Made by a program: the position numbers and the translations under genes. Shown one piece after another: positions 34,846 to 44,861 of a DNA stretch of 47,104 nucleotides. The notes beneath the pieces are model-generated. The model had not been told where the DNA came from and made no database searches. It was given only the letters and a program-made list of their open reading frames with translations. Where the stretch lies: positions 1-47,104 of the forward strand of contig JALAGF010003164.1 of NCBI GenBank assembly GCA_030167865.1. Direction: 5' to 3'. Source of the stretch: Craspedostauros australis. Lineage: Eukaryota. Position 1 is the stretch's first letter. Each line of letters opens with the position of its first letter.

Positions 34846-35400
34846 ATGGTACAAGCACAGCATTCGGTGTACACCCGAAACAGCGCCAACGCCAACGCCA
34901 GCAGCAATACTTCTACCACAATAGTCAACACTGCCCCACCCGCAACAACCGCAACGATTCCACCCAATGCACCAGCGCCATCATCGCCGCCGCTAGCGTC
35001 ACCACTACCCAATAACCAAGCCGACAAAATGCAACGTGAACCAAACGACATGGCGCAACCATCGCTGCTGAGCCTCTTCCTCGACGGCGTCATGAGCGAA
35101 CGCATGCAGCAGCACGAGTACCGCCCTGCATCCGACAAACTGAGTTGCGCACCCGCCGTCGTATCTCCCATCCGCAGCTGCCATCCTCGCAAAGCCCAGT
35201 CACCGTTCCTCGATGAACACAGACGACCGGCGTATCAGATCGTGATGGACAATGCCAAGACGCATCATGCGTGCACCGAGTGCCTGCATCACGTCTCGCA
35301 AACGGTATGGCCGCACATGGAGACAACAGCGGACGACGATGATGATGCCCAGCTGCGCTTGGCTGCGCACGACAGTCCCCACGCCGGTCATCATCAATGA
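34846..35400 (+). CDS. Short member of the VxDN motif family (copy D); start may be a downstream Met
   Basis: Contains LLSLFLDGVM and IVMDNAKTH, nearly identical to IVMDNARTH of copy B; lacks the RW and PxxPxR tail. Confidence 0.5.
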   Translation: MVQAQHSVYTRNSANANASSNTSTTIVNTAPPATTATIPPNAPAPSSPPLASPLPNNQADKMQREPNDMAQPSLLSLFLDGVMSERMQQHEYRPASDKLSCAPAVVSPIRSCHPRKAQSPFLDEHRRPAYQIVMDNAKTHHACTECLHHVSQTVWPHMETTADDDDDAQLRLAAHDSPHAGHHQ

Positions 35401-35746
35401 CATGCGAAACGGGACGGCAACTGTCTCCGAGCTCCCGCACACAATAGAGTGTATGGTAGAGCAGTCGGAGAGTACTTGTATGGCACTGGTACACGTGGTA
35501 GAATTGCCATAACATCATGGTAGAGTTACATTCATGAGCAATAACTGCAACTAGAATACAAATGCATATATTGGAAGATATTATAGTATTGTATTGTACG
35601 AGCAATACATCAATCACAAGTGTCATATACGAGTACTACTCGTTTTGTGCAGTGTGCTCTGCTCCAACGAGAGCGAGCAAGAGAGACGACCGCGACACTC
35701 CGTGGTCCGCAATTGTATCGTATTGGTGCTGGCGGTGTTGTTAAAT

Positions 35747-37024
35747 CTATTTTCTGAGTCTTGGAAAAAGATCGCCAGTTTCAACGAGCATGGAGTAGAT
35801 GTAGGTCGGATTGGTCCGGATACGTTCCTGTCGCATCATGCAGTTGAGGATCCACAGCTTCTGCTCGTTGCCGGAGACCCAGTTGGTGCAGTACCGCAAC
35901 AGCTGGAGGAACTTGTTGGCCTTGAGCATCTTGTTGATGACATCCTCCCAAGCCGACGACTCAATGTGCTTGCGGCCAAAGACGAGTTCGGTGACGTTGG
36001 AGTTGTCCGAGAGGGCGGCCTTGATGCGCGCTGTGAAGTCCGTCTTCTGATCATCCGTGATGTTGTCCGTCGTGTCGAGCTCGTAGCGGATGATCTGGAG
36101 GTGCTTGGTCCGGATGAGGGCCTCGAAGTGCTTGATCCACTGCTCGCCCACAAGGCAATCCTTGCCGTGCAGATGGATCTCCTGGATCTTGGACTTCGGG
36201 TTGACGCGCGAGGTCGATGCGACGGCGTTGATGCAGGAGGACATGCATTCCCCGACGTCGGATCGGTAAAAGAGGTACTCGAGCGTGGTGCTCTTGGTGA
36301 TGGCGGGCTCCATGTACTCCCAGCTGATGCTGGGTGTGTCGATGAGGAGGTTCTTGACGGTGCAGTTGTTGTTGTCTTCCATGATGGCCGCGAACGACTC
36401 TCCGCCGTCCTCAAACGTGGTGCCGGAGATGACCGTGATGTGCTTGCAGTGCTGCGCCAGCCAACCGGAGACCTCCGGTGAGACGTCGTCGCAGGCCATG
36501 AGGCAGATGACGTCCCATTGGTTGTTGAGGTCCTTGAGGATCGTGGCCCAGGCAGCCGCCTTCCAGATGTCGCAGCGCTTGTTCGCGCTTGGGTCGTTCG
36601 TGGCGTAGTAGAAGGAGACGATGGGAGTGAGAGCGGCAACGAGGTTGGCGGTGTTGGCGTCGGTGTCGGCGTCGGACATTTTGTCCTCTTGCTGAGAAGC
36701 GGTGATGTACACCTCCCCCAGCAACATCCGGGCACCTGTGCGATTGTTGATGGAGGCGGAGCTGAGCAGCAGGCCGCCATTGAAGATGGAGATGCACTCG
36801 TTGTTGGCGATGAACTGGGTCAGGTTGGACCAGGTGAAGCCTTTGTCCTTGAGTATGCCCCAGTGCTCGCTGAGGAGGCCTATCTCTCTGGCATTCTGGT
36901 GTTGGTGTGTTCGCTGGAAGGCGAATCCGGGGCCTCCTCTTGCACCCTCAGCCCCACGGTGTCCCGTCTGTTGCAGGACGCGCCACACTGCCTCGAAGGC
37001 TTCATTGTCTGTTGCTACCGTCAT
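35747..37024 (-). CDS. Hypothetical protein with RNI-like leucine-rich-repeat C-terminal half
   Basis: 425-aa ORF from ATG 37024 with GC3-rich codons; repeats such as NCTVKNLLI, TTLEYLFY, KIQEIHL, ALSDNSNVTELVF, followed by INKMLKAN. Confidence 0.65.
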   Translation of the reverse strand: MTVATDNEAFEAVWRVLQQTGHRGAEGARGGPGFAFQRTHQHQNAREIGLLSEHWGILKDKGFTWSNLTQFIANNECISIFNGGLLLSSASINNRTGARMLLGEVYITASQQEDKMSDADTDANTANLVAALTPIVSFYYATNDPSANKRCDIWKAAAWATILKDLNNQWDVICLMACDDVSPEVSGWLAQHCKHITVISGTTFEDGGESFAAIMEDNNNCTVKNLLIDTPSISWEYMEPAITKSTTLEYLFYRSDVGECMSSCINAVASTSRVNPKSKIQEIHLHGKDCLVGEQWIKHFEALIRTKHLQIIRYELDTTDNITDDQKTDFTARIKAALSDNSNVTELVFGRKHIESSAWEDVINKMLKANKFLQLLRYCTNWVSGNEQKLWILNCMMRQERIRTNPTYIYSMLVETGDLFPRLRK

Positions 37025-37895
37025 CTTGTCCTGTTCTGAATTGAATAGATGTGGATAGATGTGGATAGAACTGAATTGAATGGATGTGGATAGAATGGAG
37101 AGCACTTGATCTGACTTCTCTGCTCGCAGCTTGGGTATGTGTGGTCGCACCCCAATCCAAATCGAGCCAAACACGCTCTTGTGGTTGCGCTTGACGTTTC
37201 TCTGGACAGCTGTGGCTGCTGGTCTTGCAATTGCAGTCTTGGAGATGCTCTGATGCAGGCGGCGGGGGGATGTTATCGAGAAGTGAAGGCAAAGGGCGAG
37301 GGTCAGTCAAACTTGAAGTTATGGCAATGAATGGAATGGGTTTGTCAGGACCGTGGATCTATGAGTCTGTTTGTGTTGCTGCCGCGACGAGCGCCAAGAC
37401 CGCACTTGTTGTTGTTGATGCGACGGTGTGCGTCCAAACCGAAACCACGCACAAAACCACGTTCTATCTTGCCGTGGAGATGTTCCTGTTCCACGATCTG
37501 GCGAAACGTGGGCTTGTGATCGCACACAAATTCGTGTCTTGGAACGAACTTTTTAGTCAATGGGGTCAATTAGGGGCATGAACAATAAAAGGGGGACCTT
37601 GTTTGGCCCCCGTGTTTATGGGTACCTAACCCCCAAATAACTGGTTCAACCACACGATCTTGTGAAACGACATCGGCGTCAGAACAACTCACCATCACCC
37701 ACTCATTTCGTCCATTGCCTGCATTCTTCGGATCTTGCTCCACTCACAACCTTGGGCGTTTGAGATGTTGGTGACACACAGACACCATTAACATCGACAT
37801 TAACATCAACATCAACATTGACATCAACATCAACATTGACATCACAACAGATTAGGGTGGAACAAAGCAAAGAAGTTTCACTGAATTGCAGAATA

Positions 37896-39023
37896 ATGAA
37901 GGCCTGCCTCTTCTTGACATCCGCGGTGGTGGCCATGCTGCATCCAACAGCAATCACACGCACCATCGGCTGCGATGCGTTCGTTGTTCCAGCATCCATC
38001 CACGCATCGCGTCGATCTGGACATGCCATGTCTATCGCATACCCAGGTTTCAGCCAGTTAAGCGGCAGCGGCAGCGACAGTCACAATGCTAGTGATAGTG
38101 ATAGTGACGGTGAGAGAGGCAGGAATCATGTCAACGCTCCTCTGTCAAAGCCAACGCAAGCATCGCAGAAATCTCGTCGCCGGTTGTTCAATGATGCAGC
38201 TTCGATCGCTCTGGCTGCAACGCTGATGGTGCCACAGGCCGCGTCTGCCGCCACCGCAGAATCAGCAACGGCCGCAACTTTCTCCGACATCGTGCTGCGC
38301 ACCAAGAACATCCCCACGTTCTGCATCGTCACATCCGCCGGCATCCCCTACATGATCTTCAACGGCAGCGCATCTGCGACGGGATACTTCTTCCTCTCCT
38401 ACAACCTCGCTCAGCAGACTCTGCAGGATGCCATCGGCAAGGACACGTCCGAAAATGCCGCCGAATGGAAGCAGGCCAAGATCCTCGTCATCCCGCTCGC
38501 CATCTCCCTGCAGCTCGCATTGCGCAACACGCAGCGCAAGGCCGTCAACAACGGCATCCTCTTCAGCACGTACAATGACATCGTCGCGTCGGAGGAGGGC
38601 ATCAAGGACGCCAGGATCTACGAGGAGCAGCAGAAACGCGGAGCGCTCACGGGCATCACCGCCAATACCGACAAGTGGAGCCAGAAGGGACGCGTGCCCA
38701 TCTTCTCCATCGAAGGTCTCACGATCACGAAGCCCGATGGCACCGTCAAGTCTCCGCGGTACTTCAATCGCCGCGATCTCATCTCGGAATGGCTGCGGCA
38801 GCGCGGCGGCGACGAGGGGGCCGTGGAGAAGCTCATCCAGGTCACGGATCTCGTCGATCTCTTTCGCAAGTCCATCGCCAGCAACAATCTGGCCGTGTTG
38901 GATTCGATCGAGCTTGTCCCGGTGGCGGAAACCAACGAGGTGGCCAAGTCCGTGGCCAAGGCGACGCCTTCGGATCTCAGGTATAACTTCAAGGAGGTCG
39001 TCTTGGTGCAGTCGTCGAAGTAG
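37896..39023 (+). CDS. TIC22: Tic22-family plastid protein-import chaperone with plastid-targeting presequence
   Basis: NIPTFCIVTSAGIPYM, GYFFLSYNLAQQTL, ILVIPL, RVPIF, PRYFNRRDL, IQVTDL match Tic22 blocks; signal peptide ending CDA/FVVP (ASAFAP-like Phe). Confidence 0.8.
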   Translation: MKACLFLTSAVVAMLHPTAITRTIGCDAFVVPASIHASRRSGHAMSIAYPGFSQLSGSGSDSHNASDSDSDGERGRNHVNAPLSKPTQASQKSRRRLFNDAASIALAATLMVPQAASAATAESATAATFSDIVLRTKNIPTFCIVTSAGIPYMIFNGSASATGYFFLSYNLAQQTLQDAIGKDTSENAAEWKQAKILVIPLAISLQLALRNTQRKAVNNGILFSTYNDIVASEEGIKDARIYEEQQKRGALTGITANTDKWSQKGRVPIFSIEGLTITKPDGTVKSPRYFNRRDLISEWLRQRGGDEGAVEKLIQVTDLVDLFRKSIASNNLAVLDSIELVPVAETNEVAKSVAKATPSDLRYNFKEVVLVQSSK

Positions 39024-39729
39024 CTCGCATACTATTATGCGTCCTACGAGTACTCGTACTCGTACTCGTATGAGCGGAGTGGGGGTGGAGCGAAATGGGA
39101 TACGAGTATCGTTGCATTCGATCAAACGGACAATCCGACACGAGTGCCACCAACAATATGTCCTGAGTTGTTTCCATGGAATCGCATCATACCGTGGTTG
39201 GCTGCGATCTTTTGCACTGTCAAGACCAAATGCGGAGATGAAGAAAGCGTTGAAACTGGCGCAGTAGAGCGTGTGAAGATATAATCGTATTCAAAAGTAC
39301 TCTATTCGTTGCGACCGTTTTAACATTCGCCTCGGGGACGTTTCACTTGATCGATGATTGGTGTTTGAATGGGGGTAGACACGGATGCAGAGCAAAGGGA
39401 GCTTGCCATTTTAGTGATGTTGTTGTACTCCAACGAAAAGGAGCGGGCTGGATGTTACCACCCAGGTATCCTCACTGGTATTGCTTGGCATAATACGAGG
39501 ATAGTATATGCGGTGATCAATGCCAGCACGAATTGGCTTCGTCAGCAACCACGTTCAATTGGTGATCACGCAAATGGGTAACTGCGCCATTGCATGTGCC
39601 GAATTGGCCACATTCCGAGACGTTCGCCGGTCACTTCTTTCCGACCCCTGCACCTGCGTTTCATTGCGATCCATTGCAATCCACCCCCATGCACTGCACT
39701 CTCTTGCCCCTTCCGCACTCCGCGCATCT

Positions 39730-41049
39730 TCAATGACCATGGACGGCGGACTGAGCGATGCCGCGATGCAGCGTCGTGAACATGGACTGCGACTTCTTGT
39801 AGATGCGACGCGCCTGGAGGAGGTTCTGGTCGTTGGCGAAGGTGAGGGCGCGGAACTCACATTCCATGGCCATGTTCCACGTTCTGTGGTACTGCGGGAT
39901 GCTGGTGGCGGCCACTTCGATGTAATCTCGCAGCAGGATGGTGATGCGCTGCTGCAGGAGATCGAGCGAGAGAGAGCGGCCGGGCACGACGCATTCCTTC
40001 TGGTAGGCGCGTTCGTAGGTCGTGCCGCGCTGTTGCAGGATGATGGATCGGCGTGACTGGCTCAGGAACTGCAAGGCCTGGAGGTAATCCTCCCTTGGGT
40101 TGACTTGCTTGTGCTTCTGGAGCTTCTTCTTCTTTGCGTTTCCGTTGTTCGTTGCGATGCTGGTGATGGAATGGAGGGCGGAATCGGTCTCGCCGTCTGC
40201 CGCTGTTGCCTCCGCGGCAGCCTGAATGCCACGCTGCCAATGCGCAAGGCCCAGATAGTTCATGGTCCAGCTGGTTTGCTGATGCGATTCGCCGAGATGC
40301 GTCATGTGTATCTTGTGCGCCAGTTTGAGACGCTCGATGGCCGACGATGCATCCTGGTACTCCCAGAGGTACTTGTAGGAGTGTTGGACGTAGTGCTCGG
40401 CCTGCTGCAGGGCTTCCCTGGGATCATCGTGACACTGATCATCATCATCTTCGTCTTCGTCGTCGTCGCTGTCCGTGTCTTGCGTGACGAGGCTGGTTGC
40501 CGGGGCATGCTGTTGGTTGGCATCTTCGTCGGTATCATCATGGCCGTGATCATGATCGTCACGGAGGAAGGCGTCGATGCGAGCGTTGGCACCATCGTCA
40601 TCATCTTCATCATGAGAACCTGTAAAATCAACAGATATCTCATGTCTACCGACAGCTTCAGCTTCAGCTCCAGTTTCAGTGTGACGGTCCATCACATCGA
40701 CTGTGATGTCTGTTGCGATATCTGGCGTCATGTCGCTGTCCTGTTTGTTGAAGAGAATAGGTGACACCTCCCTCGATCGCAAGACCACCGGTGGTTGCTG
40801 ATCGCCATCTGCAGCGGCCCCATGCGACGATGCCGTGGACTTGTGGGAATGGACGGAGACGAACGATTCTGCCGGACTGTGTGTTGATGTGGTTGTTGAT
40901 GTTGACGCTGCGGTTGCTGCAGTAGCTGTGCTGATGTTGCTGCTGCCTGTTGCGACCCCATCTGCCAATGAAGTGCTCTTGGCTGGAAGAGATGAGGACC
41001 GCACCAGGTCCCTCCTTTCCTCCGGTGTTTGGCTGACGATGGAGTACAT
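39730..41049 (-). CDS. TPR-containing protein (kinesin-light-chain-type repeat) with disordered acidic N-terminus
   Basis: AIERLKLAHKIHMTHLGESHQQTSWTMNYLGLAHW is a typical TPR_12-like repeat; further helical repeats follow. Confidence 0.7.
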   Translation of the reverse strand: MYSIVSQTPEERRDLVRSSSLPAKSTSLADGVATGSSNISTATAATAASTSTTTSTHSPAESFVSVHSHKSTASSHGAAADGDQQPPVVLRSREVSPILFNKQDSDMTPDIATDITVDVMDRHTETGAEAEAVGRHEISVDFTGSHDEDDDDGANARIDAFLRDDHDHGHDDTDEDANQQHAPATSLVTQDTDSDDDEDEDDDDQCHDDPREALQQAEHYVQHSYKYLWEYQDASSAIERLKLAHKIHMTHLGESHQQTSWTMNYLGLAHWQRGIQAAAEATAADGETDSALHSITSIATNNGNAKKKKLQKHKQVNPREDYLQALQFLSQSRRSIILQQRGTTYERAYQKECVVPGRSLSLDLLQQRITILLRDYIEVAATSIPQYHRTWNMAMECEFRALTFANDQNLLQARRIYKKSQSMFTTLHRGIAQSAVHGH

Positions 41050-42301
41050 GGTCCTCTGTGTCTTCAGCTTCTGCTGCTGCTGTTGTTGTCTCCGCTGCCT
41101 CCAATTGCTTTGATACGGTGTGCAGGGTACGACCTACAAAGGGTAAGACTCTGGAAGTGAGTAATACAATAGAATGTGATTGGAGAGCCACTGAAACAGG
41201 ATGATGCTCTGCGTCTACGCTCACTCTATTGCTGTCTCTTCACTTGGCTCTGCCCCTGGAGTGAGTGAGTGAATGAGTGAGTTGCAGACTGAGCGTCACT
41301 GTGGGGAAGCACCAATCACTATCGTCTCCAATCTGTGAATTGGCGGAACGCAAACTGGGCAGCAATCGAACTGCCTGTGGCTGGCAGCTTGTTAATAGTA
41401 TTATGAGATCTACTACTATTGATGCGGAGTGCGTTGCTTTCCGAGTGGGAATTGGTTTGAGTCCTGCTTGCGATGGCTCTGTTGGAGCAATGGTGATGCT
41501 GTCTCTCCGCAGATACGGCCTCCTGACACGATCAATGTCAAGACAAGGACCTGTGTGCAAGCAGATGAGGTTCACGGAAGAACTTGGCGAAGGACGGATG
41601 GCTTCTTGCGTTCGGTGGACCCTTCTCTCCAACGCGTGTTGACTTTTCACAAAGTGACCTCTGTGGCTTTGGTTGTCAACGCAATCACGATCGTTTGCAA
41701 TTATGCCAACTTGGTTTCTTGCTTGCTCACATTCCTTGCTTTGCTTTCCTTGCTTTGCTTTCCTTGCTTTGGTTGTCTTGGTTGCTTGCCTTGTGGTGAC
41801 GGGTATCAGTACCAGTGTTCCGCGCACACAGTGCCTCCGACCGCATTCACACCATTCCCACCAACAAGCATTCGCTCTTTCTTCTTTCCTTCTCGCGCCA
41901 TCTTGTTGCGTCGCACCTCTCGCTCTTCCGCGATGTTTCGTGTTTCTTGGCGTCTTGGTTGATACCACTGGGGACTCAATTGAAACACGGATAAACACAT
42001 GGACTTGAGAAGGCTCAATTTCATTGAATTCGGTTGGTACGATAAATGGGGGAATCAAGACCCCTTTATTTAGGGGGAGCCCCTCAGTATGTTGTTTCGA
42101 TTGTGTTGTGGCCACGCACACATCCAGGCTCTGCAGACAACGACAACGACAACGACAACAACAGCCACAGCCAAAACAAGAGAGGACCACACCAACAACA
42201 CCAAGAACGACACCGCCAACGAACGCAGCAACGGCGTTACGTCACAGCCAATTCAGCACACCACAACAACACGCAGCACTGCACAACAACAGACCATCAC
42301 C

Positions 42302-43411
42302 ATGAGCAAGGTTGCAACATCCGCCCGCCGATTCATGTCCACAGCGGCCAAGGTCGACTGGTGAGTCGCCGTCCTCTTCATGCCGCGATGCAGCTGGCTT
42401 TGGATCCAGCCTCGTTGCGCATCCATCGATGCTTTCGTCATGGTTCCTCCAGCGGCATTGCGGAAGCATCCTTGCTTTGAGACTCTTTCAGTTCCGCATC
42501 CTCTCGAGGCTGCTCTGCTGTCGTCGCAGATGTTGCGGGTGTCTCCATCACATCGTATCAACATCCAGGGCAGTATCCAGGGCAACAGGCCAAGTGCAGC
42601 ATCATCTTGGAGAACAACAACAACGCTCCCACAACCATGATGTTCACAAGGCTGCAATGCAATTGGGAGGAGGCATCTCTGGTTGTGGACGACGTGCCGA
42701 TCATTTTCCATCGTCCCTTTTCTTTCTCTCCACCACCATCACCTCTCTGGTTGCTCCGCCAGTTCCTCACAAACAACAGAATCTCGTCATCTCACAATTT
42801 CATCACTCCACCACTCTTTTCGCGGTTTGTTCGTATTGCTCATGTTACAATACACATCATGTCCAATCAAACATGATGCAACCAATTCAACCCAACCTCC
42901 ATTCATAATGGTGTCACTCACTCTCTCTCTGTCTGTGTTCATACATGCGCGCAGGTCCGCCGATGTGTGGAAGGCAGCACCAATTGTGGCCAACGTGAAC
43001 AAATTCCGTTCCTGGGTTGCCACCGCCGACGCGCAGGCTGAGAAGTACCAGACCGCACCAACGCCAATCGACTTCGACGGCGCCAAGTCCAAGATCCGCG
43101 ACACCGAGCTCGTCGACAAGATCCAGGCATTCTACTCCTCCGCCGCCCTTCCGGCCGAAGGACACGAGTGGGACGCTGAAGACAAGGCCAGCAAGGAGGC
43201 GCACTTCGAGCAGGTCAAGGAACAGGCTGCCCTCTACCAGGACCTCAAGGACGATATCCACAAGGAGATCGAGTTCCTCAAGTCCACCCGAACCACCGAG
43301 GACACCACCATCCACGACCTCATGTGCAACAACCCAACCATCCACGAGGAGATCGAGAACGAGATCGAGAACCGCGAATGGTTCAAGGACATTGGTTTGA
43401 ACGCCAAGTAA
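42302..43411 (+). CDS. ATP5PD: Mitochondrial ATP synthase subunit d; exons 42302-42360 and 42955-43411
   Basis: Presequence MSKVATSARRFMST..KVDW; GTGAGT donor at 42361 and CAG acceptor at 42954 give 516 nt in frame (171 aa); motifs PIDF, LVDKIQAFY, NPTIHEEIENEIENREW. Confidence 0.9.
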
Positions 43412-43442
43412 GCAGTCAGCTGGGAAGCCAGTCCAACAAATG

Positions 43443-43470
43443 GTAGGGTAGGGTAGGGTAGGGTAGGGTA
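43443..43470 (+). repeat. (GGGTA)5 pentamer repeat just 3' of the ATP synthase d stop
   Basis: Directly visible; five G3 tracts. Confidence 0.9.
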
Positions 43471-44057
43471 GAGGAGCTTACTAACGCAACGTACTCGCAC
43501 TTGTACCCAAACTCGTGCCACACTCCAATAGCAACGGCCGCGGCAATCGCTGCAATTTCGAATTAGTCAACTACCATTGTGTTATCAGTACATTCGCTTG
43601 TGTTTGCGCTTGCGCTTATTGTCAGCTGGTTGCTTCCATACTTCCTGCGGGTACTCGGAGATCCAGAGGTTGCATGATCGGCCATGCGTACTGCCGAATC
43701 CCAGTCAGCGCAGAGATGCAGACGCCCAATTCAACCTTCCTGCGTCGACGGAAGGATCTGCATGCGACGGGGGATGATGCTCTCTCGACCCTCCAGAGAG
43801 AGTGGAGTACCCAGAGTACTCTATGCCGTTTCGATCATGCCAATGTAGATACCATTGCGAGAGCATTCTCCATTCCCCATCAATTGCAGCATCACGACCA
43901 TGTCATTCAAGGTTTCATCATTGCGCCTGTTCTACTCTCTGCTGCCAAAATTTTCACTTGATCACATCTCGTTGGGATGCCAAAGAAGGAGACATCGGCA
44001 TAGTTCATGCTCTGTTCTGCCCTACCACGCTGTGTCAGGCTCAACCATCAGACTGGA

Positions 44058-44861
44058 CTACAGCTCATTCTTCCTCCTTGCCTCCTCTTCTTCTTCCTCT
44101 CGTCGCCTTCTCTGTTGCTCATCAATCTCGCGTTCACGCTGCTCCGCAAGAAGTCGCATCCTGCGCTCCAACTTGCGTTTCCGCTGATCCTCGTTGAACT
44201 TCTCCACATTCCTCCGGACCTGCTCGCGGCGTTCTCGATTCTTCTCTTCTCGTATGCGCTCCTTGCGTTCGTGCTCCGCTTGCATGGCGTCGATCACATC
44301 CTGGGGCTTGCGCTGGAATCCCAGAGAACGAAAGAGTTCGTGCAGCTTGTCGTACGAACGGAACTTGCGCAGCTCCACGACCTCGGTGGTTGTCACGGTT
44401 TTTGTTCTGGTGCTTGTAGCCCGTCGGCTGTTCTCGTTTCTGTATTCGGCGTCGGGAATGTAATCATCATCGTCTCCGATGAACTCGTCGTCGTCGTCAT
44501 CGTCGCCACCCGCGTATTGGTTGTATCCATCGTATCCATTCCCATCCATGCCCAGGTCTTCGTCGACTTCCGCCTCAACTTCCACCTCCTCTTCGTAGTA
44601 CACCGTGAGAGTGACCTTCTTCGGCCCTCCTTTGATGAACTCCGTCTCCACATTCTCCCATACGCCCAGACCGTCCCAAGCCGTGAGGTACTTCTTGAGC
44701 TTGCCGAGCGTCTTCAAGGCTCATCCCTTGCAGGATGTGATGACGCCGCGCACGAGTCGGCGGTTGCCGAGATCGAGTTCCTCATGCGCGACCACTGACG
44801 ATAGAAGTAGTAGTAGCAGCACTAGCACTTGCGACAGTATCCACTTTCCGAATCGGCTCAT
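44058..44861 (-). CDS. SELENOM/Sep15-family ER selenoprotein, 267 aa, in-frame UGA read as Sec (CKGU)
   Basis: ORFs 44721..44978 and 44058..44717 are in the same frame, separated only by TGA GCC: GVITS-C-K-G-*-ALKTLGKLKKYL. Signal peptide, EFIKGG, LHELFRSLGFQRK and C-terminal KNEL. Confidence 0.85.

Noticed and set aside
41240-42190. 316-aa minus-strand ORF
   Set aside because: Non-ATG start, crosses microsatellites and promoter-like DNA, no recognisable motifs.
42629-42688. Intronic box C/D snoRNA in the 594-nt ATP synthase d intron
   Set aside because: There is a 9-bp terminal stem (CCACAACCA/TGGTTGTGG) and a C-box-like ATGATG, but no CTGA D box next to the 3' stem.
43443-43470. Interstitial telomeric repeat
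   Set aside because: The unit is the pentamer GGGTA, not TTAGGG-type; similar pentamer microsatellites are common in this window.
43412-44057. Specific SECIS hairpin calls
   Set aside because: Several RTGA...GA candidates were tried by eye; none gave a proper helix II with an apical AA motif. A computational search is needed.
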